Source of the DNA: Patescibacteria group bacterium
GTDB lineage: Bacteria; Patescibacteriota; Microgenomatia; UBA8517
Reading direction: 5' to 3'
DNA length: 64,000 nucleotides
NCBI GenBank assembly: GCA_025999275.1
Contig: AP024680.1
Span: 684,522 to 748,521 of the forward strand
This document shows, piece after piece, positions 56,415-64,000 of this stretch (position 1 is the first letter of the stretch; every line of letters starts with the position of its first letter). The notes under the pieces are model-generated. The model searched no databases, had not been told where the DNA came from, and saw nothing but the letters and a program-made list of their open reading frames with translations. A program made the translations under genes and the position numbers.

Positions 56415-57113
56415 ATGCCCGCAAAAAACAGCTTAAAAGTGTTTGCAGAAAATACCTACTATCATATCTACAACCGTGGTGTTGAAAAGAGAAATATATT
56501 TATAGATAACCAAGACTACGAGGTTTTCTTAAATCTACTAAAGTATTATTTATCCGAAAATAACCAAGCAATTTACCACCCCATTGAAATAATTGCACCA
56601 GATAACAGGCCCCTAAGGCCAAGACCTCTTAAAAATCTAAACAAAGAAATTGAACTAATAGCCTACTGCCTTATGCCCAATCATTTTCACCTACTAATAA
56701 AGCAGATCTCAAAAGATGGAATGACAAAGCTAATGAGAGCATTATCTACCAGCTATGCCCTTTATTTTAACCGTCGCTACAAGCGCGAAGGAACCCTTTT
56801 CCAAGGAAGATACAAAGCAGTTATTATTAAAAATGACTCATACCTTCTTCATCTCTCGCGATATATTCATCTTAACCCCTCAAGCATATTGACAAGGACG
56901 GACATTGTCACTTGGCCCTATTCAAGCTACTCATACTTTCTTGGAACAAAAAAGGCTGACTGGGTAAAACCGCAAATTGTCTTAGATTTCTTTAAAAGGC
57001 CTGAAAATTCCCCTATCCCGCTAGAAAAATTTCAAACCTACCAGCAATTCGTTGAGGCTGGCAAGGAAAATCCTAAGGAAAATATAGAAAAACTAATACT
57101 CGAAGATGAATAA
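56415..57113 (+). CDS. REP-associated tyrosine transposase (IS200/IS605-like HUH enzyme, RAYT type)
   Basis: TYYHIYNRGVEKRNIF (Y-H-x-x-NRG), LIAYCLMPNHFHLLI (HuH motif), FQGRYKAV and YIHLNP (catalytic Tyr region). Start taken at ATG 56415 after the REP doublet. Confidence 0.75.
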   Translation: MPAKNSLKVFAENTYYHIYNRGVEKRNIFIDNQDYEVFLNLLKYYLSENNQAIYHPIEIIAPDNRPLRPRPLKNLNKEIELIAYCLMPNHFHLLIKQISKDGMTKLMRALSTSYALYFNRRYKREGTLFQGRYKAVIIKNDSYLLHLSRYIHLNPSSILTRTDIVTWPYSSYSYFLGTKKADWVKPQIVLDFFKRPENSPIPLEKFQTYQQFVEAGKENPKENIEKLILEDE

Positions 57114-58110
57114 GCCACAATTATCACCTGACAAGGTCCGTCTTTGTCAGATCAGTATAACTACAATCATTTTGTTTTTAATACCTAATAACACCATCAG
57201 AGCTCAAACAGCAACTCCGGTAACTAGTGATACTACTGTATCTGTCACTTTCAAAGTAGTCGAGGGAGAAACTCCAACCCCAACTGCCACTACTACCCCC
57301 ACCCCCATAACCAGTGGAACACCCACTCCTACAATTTCTCCCCAACCACAAATATCCCCAACACCCACACCAGAAGCCACCAAAGCCCCTCAAATCAATC
57401 TAAAGATATTCGGTTATGGCCCGCCTGATATACCAGTATCCTTAGTGGGAAAAAACATCTTAGAATTAACCACATCAAACGAGATTGGTTATTTCGAGTT
57501 TAGGAACATTCCCCTGCCAGAAATAAAAGGATTATTTAAACTATATCCTGAGCTTTGCCTGCAAGGTTACTATAAAGAGAGCTCAACACAGCCAGTTTGC
57601 CTACCAAGGCTGCCGGTAGGCAATCTCGAATACAATATCGGCCCTGTCATCCTTTCCCCAATTATAATAATTGAAAAAGGAGAAATCGCCTCAGGTGAAC
57701 AAGTAAAAGCAACCGGTAAAACCACACCCAATTCAGAAGTTTCAATTTACCTAGCCAAAGAAAAACAAAAAACATTCTTTAATTTTTTTGAAGAAATAAA
57801 ACTCATAAAGACTGCCTCAGCTTACTATCTCCCAAAGTATCAAACAACATCAAATGCCAACGGAGACTTCGAATTTAACCTACCTAGCGAATCACCGGCA
57901 AAATGGCGTCTTTTTTCCGCAGCTTCCTTCCAAGGCCAAAACTCTCCCAAGAGCAACACTCTTTCCTATCTAGTTGTCCCAAAAACATTTGAATTCTTTA
58001 AGAATATAATCGGTTTTCTTATTTCATTCTTCTCTCACTGGTTTTCAATTCTTATCGCAATTGAAATTGTATCTATCATCATTCTTCTATACTTTACCAG
58101 CAAAGATTGA
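57106..58110 (+). CDS. Hypothetical secreted Thr/Pro-rich protein with C-terminal TM
   Basis: 334-aa ORF. The stated N-terminus (MNKPQLSPDKVRLCQ) is encoded by a REP hairpin, so the real start is probably downstream at the signal peptide ISITTIILFLIPNN. Confidence 0.45.
   Translation: MNKPQLSPDKVRLCQISITTIILFLIPNNTIRAQTATPVTSDTTVSVTFKVVEGETPTPTATTTPTPITSGTPTPTISPQPQISPTPTPEATKAPQINLKIFGYGPPDIPVSLVGKNILELTTSNEIGYFEFRNIPLPEIKGLFKLYPELCLQGYYKESSTQPVCLPRLPVGNLEYNIGPVILSPIIIIEKGEIASGEQVKATGKTTPNSEVSIYLAKEKQKTFFNFFEEIKLIKTASAYYLPKYQTTSNANGDFEFNLPSESPAKWRLFSAASFQGQNSPKSNTLSYLVVPKTFEFFKNIIGFLISFFSHWFSILIAIEIVSIIILLYFTSKD
57129..57149. repeat. Single REP unit tgacaaggtccgtctttgtca just after the RAYT stop
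   Basis: Same 8-bp stem / 5-nt loop hairpin. Confidence 0.65.
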
Positions 58111-58116
58111 AGGGAT

Positions 58117-58176
58117 TGACAAGGTCCGTCCTTGTCAATTTACCGCTTTGATTTATGACAAAGACGGACCTTGTCA
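58117..58176. repeat. REP doublet: tgacaaggtccgtccttgtca ...18 nt... tgacaaagacggaccttgtca
   Basis: Units at 58117-58137 and 58156-58176. Spacer atttaccgctttgattta. Confidence 0.7.
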
Positions 58177-58187
58177 GAAAAGCAAAA

Positions 58188-58739
58188 CTAAAGTTCAAAG
58201 GTAACGGTTACTCGTTGAGGTAAAACTTTGCCATCAACTGAGGCCTCAATTGAATAAACTCCGGCCACCGAAGAAGAAACTTCAAAAATTGCCTTGCCAA
58301 CATCATCAGTAATAGGCTGAACCTCGTCGACTTCCAGATTGTCACTCTTGCCCAAAACCACCATCTTGCCACCAACCCCCAAACCTTGAGAATCAAGAAT
58401 AAAAATAGTTATTCTTATCCTTTCCCCACTTGCCACCTTAGCTTTTAGAGGAGAAGCAAAAAGATAAGAATTGGCAAGCTCCATTTTGCGTGTCAAAGAA
58501 GAACTTTCAGCCTTGCTTGATATTCTTGTTCTTTCAGAAACTAAATAAACTGAATAAACAAGCCCTAAAAGTAAAAACAAAACCAAAATAATAAGAAACA
58601 AAGTCAAGAGAACACTCTTCCTTTTTTCCCTATTTAGCTCTTCTCTTTGTTTTTTTATCTCATCCTCTTTGTCTGTCAATAAAATTTCCGGCTTTTTTGA
58701 GTCCAGATAAGCAGGATTCTCTAGATCTTGACTAATCAT
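58188..58739 (-). CDS. Membrane-anchored protein with C-terminal Ig-like/Big-like beta domain
   Basis: 183 aa. TM (VLLTLFLIILVLFLLLGLVYSVYLV), then a beta-rich ~100 aa. Confidence 0.45.
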   Translation of the reverse strand: MISQDLENPAYLDSKKPEILLTDKEDEIKKQREELNREKRKSVLLTLFLIILVLFLLLGLVYSVYLVSERTRISSKAESSSLTRKMELANSYLFASPLKAKVASGERIRITIFILDSQGLGVGGKMVVLGKSDNLEVDEVQPITDDVGKAIFEVSSSVAGVYSIEASVDGKVLPQRVTVTFEL

Positions 58740-59276
58740 TATTTCAAGATACTATATAAAATACACCTTTTCAACACCTGGGAAACTCCTTTTCCCTCAC
58801 AAAAAATTGTTTAAAGCATCAAAGATCAATATACCGTAAAACAGGCGTTATTTGCCACTTTTTTTTATTAGCAAACAAGATTGATAAGTGACAAATTGAG
58901 GCTAAAATCATATTCAAAAAAACAAAAAATTAAAAATCATAAGATGCAATTAAAGATGATCGAATTAATCCATTAACCGCAAAATCAACGCAAGACCTAT
59001 ATTTTTTTTATACCCTTCTCCGCAATAAATTTTATCTTATTTTTGAAAATTATTTAAAATACTATCGGAATTGCAAAAAATATATTTAGATATATTTAAG
59101 TAAGCAAAAATATTATGCGGAAAAAATGTTATTGACACTGTGAAAATTATAGCTTATTTAAGGGCTTTTTTTAGCTTTAATCAGCTCTTGACAATTATTA
59201 ATAAATAATTTTAGAATAGTATAATGCATATAATTTGTATAATCTAGCCTCAATTTATGATAATTATCTAAAAACC

Positions 59277-62200
59277 ATGATAGACCGCATAACACAACTT
59301 TTTCTGCAGTACTTAAAATCCTGTAATGTTTCGGAAAAAACTCTTCGATACTACAAATCTGATATTGCCATGTTTTCAGCCTGGCTAATATTTCAGGCAA
59401 AATCAATTGGAGCTGATTGCAACAATCTCCAAGAAGCTTTACCCTTCATTAACAAAAAAACAGCCAAGGAGTATAGAGACTTCCTTATCAAAAATGGCAA
59501 CTCAATTCAAACCATCAATCGCCGGCTTTCAACCTTAAGAACATTTTCAAAATTTCTCTTTGAAAACGAGCTGCTCTCTTTTAACTTCGCTAAAAAAATA
59601 AAAAACATTTCAAGATCTGTTTTCATTCCCCCACTCTCACAAGCAATAAACCAATTCTCCTCATACCTGGAATCACAAAAAGTATCTGCCCTAACCAGAA
59701 AAAATTATCTTGCAGATATTAATCAATTTTCCAGATGGGTAGAAAAAACTGGCAAAAAAGAAGTTAAGGAAATAACATCAAAAGATATAAAAAGATATCT
59801 AATCATAGAATTGTCAAATGCTCCTGAGGCTACAAAAGATAGAAAAATTTCTTCACTAAAGAAATTCTTTACCTGGGCAGTTCAGGAAAGTAAAACAAAT
59901 ACAAATCCAGTTGAAGAATATCTAAAAGACACTGCTTACTTAAAGCCAATAGAAAAATCCATTTCTGAGCTTACAGAACCTAGTATTAACCGCAAAGTTT
60001 TCGGTAATTATCCTTCCTATGAGAGCTTGAAAGAGAAAATTAACGCATATATTGCGGATAAACCCAAGTTACAGAAGCTAGTCTACCATCTTCTCTATAC
60101 CAGACCTAAGTGGTACAAAGCTTATCATTCCCTTGCAATCAGTCGTTATATTAACTTTGCCATTCTTACCATTTTTGCTGCCGGGCTTGGATTCGGAATT
60201 TATCAACAACTTTTTGCCAAACCTCAAACACCTATTGCCTATCCCACTCAACCAGTTGCACCAAAAAGATATCTTTCCTTTCAAGGTCGTCTGACAAACC
60301 AATACAATACCCCCATTACTACTGCCACAAATATTATCTTTAAACTTTATGATGCTTCAACTGGTGGCAATGTCCTTTGGAATTCTGCTGGTGTTTCCTG
60401 CTCTATCACCCCTGACCAAGACGGAATCTTTTCAATTCTCCTTGGAACTCAATCGGGTGACGGCTATACCTGTACTGGCATTTCCGGCATTGACGCCTCT
60501 GTATTTAGTGAAAACGCTGAGGTCTGGCTAGGAATAAAAGTTGGTTCTGATCCTGAAGCTACCCCCAGAATTCAAATTGCTACCGTTGCCTATGCTTTAA
60601 ATGCTGAAACACTTCAAGGCTATCCCATCAACGCGACAGGTTCTGCTACTGTCAATACAGTTTTAACTATGAATTCAGGTGGCGAGGTTGTTTTGGCAGA
60701 AGTAGGACCAAAGATAAAATCTGTTTCCGGTAATTTTGGAATCCAAGGTGAAGCAATTACAATTCAAGCAAACGGAGGTGGAATCCCCGGCGATATTACC
60801 CTTTCCCCTTCCTCAAATGGAACTGTATCCATTTTGGCAAGCGGTACAACAAATGATTCTTTATATATCCAAAACGCTCAAATAACATCAGGAGCATTGA
60901 TCCACGGATATTATGGCGGAACAGCAACTAATGTTGATCTTCTAAAACTTGGCGCAGGTCCAAGTGAATCAACAAAATTCCTAGTTGAATCATCTGGTGA
61001 TACATTTATCGCCTCAGGTGCCGACTTGTTCATCGGAGGGATAGGGCTAAATGATAACAGCTCTACATCCTCAGGTGCTTCACTAATCGGTGTCTTTGAT
61101 GATTCAATGACATATATATCAGGTAATACCAATGTTCAATCTGCTATTAAGCAATTAGATACTGCCATTGGTAGCCTTTCAGGATCAGCTAGTGGATGGA
61201 CTGATGATGGAGTCATAGTAAGACTTACTACTTCATCTGATAGAGTTGGTATTGGAACAACCATTCCCAACTCAGCCAATAAACTAGCAGTTTTAGGTGG
61301 TGTGGGAATAGGATCAACAGCATATACAGAAGCTGCTGGAGCCCCAACTAATGGGATGATTGTTGAAGGAAATGTGGGAATTGGTACTACTGCCCCTCTT
61401 GCTACTCTTGATGTTGCTGGAAATATTCTTGTTAACAATGGTGGAACAATCGATACAAGATCAGCTGGAACACTAACTATTGGTGGAACAATACAAACAG
61501 GATTGACACTAGGAAGAAGTGGAGCAACTACCACCATAGCAGGATCTTCTGTTAATGTAGCCAATTTAACAACAGATGGAGTTGTATATACCTCAGGTGG
61601 TAATGGAACACTGAATTCTGAAGCTCTTCTTGCCATATCAAGAGGTGGAACAAATTCAAATGCTACTCCAACAGCAGGAGCAGTAGCATATGGTACAGGA
61701 ACTGCATATGCCTTCAATACTGCCGGCACTTCAGGACAACCTCTACTTTCAGGAGGAACAGGAGCACCTACATTTGGAACATTGGGACTAACATATGGTG
61801 GGACAAATGCTGACCTTTCAGGTGTAGCAACAGGAGGATTAATATATAAAGGAGCTTCTGCTTTAGCTGGTACATCTGCACTAACAGGTATTCTTCAGGG
61901 TAATGGATCATCAGCTCCATCTGCCATTACTGGTACTGTCAATTACATACCAAAATGGAGTTCATCTGCCCCCTACCTTACTGCAACATCACTAATATAT
62001 GATGATGGAACAAATGTAGGTATTGGAACAACTGTTCCTACAAAAGGAAAACTTAATGTATTAGGTTCTGTTGCCATTGGATCAACTGCATACACAGAGA
62101 CTAGTGGTGCTGCACCAACAAATGGAATGATTGTTGAGGGGAATGTGGGAATTGGGACAACAGCTCCAGCATATAAGCTTGATGTTAGTGGTGATATTTA

Positions 62201-64000
62201 TTCATCAGGAAATATAAGAGCTAATACTGATTTATACATTGCGGGAACTGCCTTGTCTGCCAATACTTCAACAACATCAGGTGCATCAAAGGTTGGTCTA
62301 TATGATGATTCAATGACATATATATCAGGTAATACCAATGTTCAATCTGCTATTAAACAACTTGATACTGCAATAGGTAGCCTTTCAGGATCAGCTGGTG
62401 GATGGACTGATGATGGAACAATTGTAAGACTTACTACTTCAACTGATAGAGTTGGTATTGGTACAACATCTGTTAATGCAAATACAAAGCTTGGTGTTCT
62501 TGGAGGTGTTGCCATTGGAAGCCAGACCTACTCTGATGCTCAAGCTCCTACTAATGGAATGATTGTTGAGGGTAATGTGGGAATTGGAACTACCAACCCA
62601 TCCACTTTCAAACTTGAAATAGCCGGCTCAGTCGGCCCATCAGCTGATAACACATACAATCTTGGTTCTTCATCAAGAAGATGGGCAAACATCTACGGAA
62701 CCAATATCTACGGCAATATAACTCCCTCTGGTTTTACCCAAGGATCTGTAATCTTTGCTGGCACTGGAGGAGTTCTTTCTCAAAACAACTCTCAATTCTA
62801 TTGGGACAATGCTAATTACAGGCTAGGAATTGGAACAACAACCCCATCTGTTTCCATTGATTCAACTGGAAGTTTAAGACTTACAGCTGGAACTTTCCAA
62901 ATTGGCAACGCTGCAAATGCAGCTTACAATAGAATTGGCACTTCAGCTACCAACCGTGGACTTTCCGCTGCAAACGATCTCTTGATCAATGGTAAACTCG
63001 AAGTCGACCAAGCCCTATTCCCTGATTCAGGTATTTACGGTTCAGCTGGAACACTGGTTGTTAACTTTCCTAACAACGACGCCTGGTTCTCAGATGAAGT
63101 TTGGGTTGATGGAAAAATTGGTATTGGCACAACATCACCTGTTTCAAAATTCCATGTCAGATGGTCCAACACTAATTGCGGCAGCCAATGTTTCACAGAT
63201 GCGGCAGTCTTTGAAAATAACGGTAATGTATTTCTTCAATTAATGGGTAGTAATTCTGGCGAAAAATCTGTTAATTTTGGATCACCAACAAACGGTGCCG
63301 CAGGCGCCATAAAATTTAACTACCACAATTTGAATGAATTAAGCTTTTGGACTGGAGGCAATGTTGAACAAATGGTAATTAGAGAAAATGGGAAAGTCGG
63401 CATCGGGACGACGGCGCCGGGGATGAAATTAGACGTCTCTGGAGATATAAGAGCAAGTGGAGAAACAATTGGAACTATCGGGAGTGGATACGGCCAATTT
63501 AGAGCAATATCTGGCAACTATGGCTTTATGCTTAGAAATGATGGGTCAAATACCTATTTTCTTCTTACTGCTTCTGGTAATCAATATGGTAGCTGGAATA
63601 GTTTAAGACCATTCCGTATAGCTAATGCCACTGGCGATGTGGCCCTTGGAAATGATACCTTGTATGTAGTTCACGGCGGCAACGTCGGCATCGGGACGAT
63701 AAGTCCACTACGCAAACTTGAAGTAAACAATGCAATGAAATTTACAAATAATTCTGCCGATACCAATGATGGTGTAATCGGCACCGCGCCTTTTCTTGCT
63801 GGACTTAATATCGTTGGTATTAACACTGATGGTGGCGGTCGCAAAATAAACTATTGGGGTTCACTTATTCAGAATGAGAACCCCGTTGGGAATACCTTTA
63901 TTGGTAATACATTTTTCCCTGGCTCTGGGGTTTGGAATTCAGCCGGCAACGTCGGCATCGGGACGACAAATCCGGGTTATAGATTAGTAGTAAGTCAAAC
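59277..64000 (+). CDS. Giant (>1570 aa, 3' end beyond window) glycine-rich repeat protein: two integrase-SAM-like N-terminal domains + TM + GNVGIGTTxP-type repeats
   Basis: Frame 0 is open from ATG 59277 to the window end. It is absent from the ORF track only because it has no in-window stop. The N-terminal ~270 aa contain two copies of a pattern like the tyrosine-recombinase N-terminal SAM/core-binding domain (SEKTLRYYKSDIAMFSAWL...IQTINRRLSTLRTFSKFL; LTRKNYLADINQFSRWV...RKISSLKKFFTWA). A TM helix FAILTIFAAGLGFGIY follows. Then >1200 aa carry recurring GMIVEGNVGIGTTAP..KLDV.G and SMTYISGNTNVQSAIKQLDTAIGSLSGSA blocks. Confidence 0.75.
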   Translation, partial: MIDRITQLFLQYLKSCNVSEKTLRYYKSDIAMFSAWLIFQAKSIGADCNNLQEALPFINKKTAKEYRDFLIKNGNSIQTINRRLSTLRTFSKFLFENELLSFNFAKKIKNISRSVFIPPLSQAINQFSSYLESQKVSALTRKNYLADINQFSRWVEKTGKKEVKEITSKDIKRYLIIELSNAPEATKDRKISSLKKFFTWAVQESKTNTNPVEEYLKDTAYLKPIEKSISELTEPSINRKVFGNYPSYESLKEKINAYIADKPKLQKLVYHLLYTRPKWYKAYHSLAISRYINFAILTIFAAGLGFGIYQQLFAKPQTPIAYPTQPVAPKRYLSFQGRLTNQYNTPITTATNIIFKLYDASTGGNVLWNSAGVSCSITPDQDGIFSILLGTQSGDGYTCTGISGIDASVFSENAEVWLGIKVGSDPEATPRIQIATVAYALNAETLQGYPINATGSATVNTVLTMNSGGEVVLAEVGPKIKSVSGNFGIQGEAITIQANGGGIPGDITLSPSSNGTVSILASGTTNDSLYIQNAQITSGALIHGYYGGTATNVDLLKLGAGPSESTKFLVESSGDTFIASGADLFIGGIGLNDNSSTSSGASLIGVFDDSMTYISGNTNVQSAIKQLDTAIGSLSGSASGWTDDGVIVRLTTSSDRVGIGTTIPNSANKLAVLGGVGIGSTAYTEAAGAPTNGMIVEGNVGIGTTAPLATLDVAGNILVNNGGTIDTRSAGTLTIGGTIQTGLTLGRSGATTTIAGSSVNVANLTTDGVVYTSGGNGTLNSEALLAISRGGTNSNATPTAGAVAYGTGTAYAFNTAGTSGQPLLSGGTGAPTFGTLGLTYGGTNADLSGVATGGLIYKGASALAGTSALTGILQGNGSSAPSAITGTVNYIPKWSSSAPYLTATSLIYDDGTNVGIGTTVPTKGKLNVLGSVAIGSTAYTETSGAAPTNGMIVEGNVGIGTTAPAYKLDVSGDIYSSGNIRANTDLYIAGTALSANTSTTSGASKVGLYDDSMTYISGNTNVQSAIKQLDTAIGSLSGSAGGWTDDGTIVRLTTSTDRVGIGTTSVNANTKLGVLGGVAIGSQTYSDAQAPTNGMIVEGNVGIGTTNPSTFKLEIAGSVGPSADNTYNLGSSSRRWANIYGTNIYGNITPSGFTQGSVIFAGTGGVLSQNNSQFYWDNANYRLGIGTTTPSVSIDSTGSLRLTAGTFQIGNAANAAYNRIGTSATNRGLSAANDLLINGKLEVDQALFPDSGIYGSAGTLVVNFPNNDAWFSDEVWVDGKIGIGTTSPVSKFHVRWSNTNCGSQCFTDAAVFENNGNVFLQLMGSNSGEKSVNFGSPTNGAAGAIKFNYHNLNELSFWTGGNVEQMVIRENGKVGIGTTAPGMKLDVSGDIRASGETIGTIGSGYGQFRAISGNYGFMLRNDGSNTYFLLTASGNQYGSWNSLRPFRIANATGDVALGNDTLYVVHGGNVGIGTISPLRKLEVNNAMKFTNNSADTNDGVIGTAPFLAGLNIVGINTDGGGRKINYWGSLIQNENPVGNTFIGNTFFPGSGVWNSAGNVGIGTTNPGYRLVVSQ

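Noticed and set aside
60349-63517. Small plus/minus ORFs within 59277-64000 (60349-60531, 61136-61729 minus, 62989-63243 and others)
   Set aside because: They lie in other frames of the continuous giant frame-0 ORF. The Pro/Ala/Val-rich minus-strand products are the usual antisense of Gly-rich codons.

Overview
This window is a low-GC, gene-dense bacterial chromosome segment. Its character suggests Candidate Phyla Radiation (Patescibacteria), but that is inference only, from the reduced housekeeping set, the alternative-mevalonate isopentenyl phosphate kinase, large surface proteins and the standard genetic code.

Housekeeping content:
- queA, rpmG, rpsU, rnhB and the secE-nusG-rplK-rplA-rplJ-rplL cluster with recognisable leader, promoter and attenuator signals.
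- uppS, mreB, rsmI, ndk, argS, leuS, comEA, and comEC split across two ORFs.
- An isopentenyl phosphate kinase plus polyprenyl synthase pair.
- Five tRNAs (Thr-GGT, Trp-CCA, Pro-CGG, Leu-CAA, Arg-CCT), each with an extended -10 promoter, and one duplicated 3' fragment of tRNA-Thr.

Accessory content:
- An ATP-grasp amidoligase fused to a retropepsin-like protease, next to a multi-pass membrane protein and two decayed RimK-like paralogs.
- Two ~1.6 kb near-identical direct repeats encoding the shared C-terminal ~520 aa of two large secreted surface proteins whose Cys-rich N-terminal domains differ completely. Each is paired with a small 4-Cys secreted protein paralog.
- Three twin-arginine (SRREFLK) lipoprotein genes sharing an identical promoter, GTG start and N-terminal module but carrying different C-terminal domains.
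- A REP-associated tyrosine transposase (RAYT) gene flanked by 21-bp hairpin REP elements arranged as inverted doublets, with further doublets elsewhere.
- A ~545-bp MITE-like element with ~80-bp terminal inverted repeats and related partial copies.
- A four-gene surface-protein cluster, inferred to resemble WxL/DUF916/DUF3324 loci from weak sequence similarity.
- A giant (>1570 aa, running off the window) glycine-rich repeat protein whose N-terminus carries two integrase-like SAM domains and a TM helix.

No rRNA and no CRISPR array were seen. All functional calls rest on motifs read by eye from the translations and were not database-verified.
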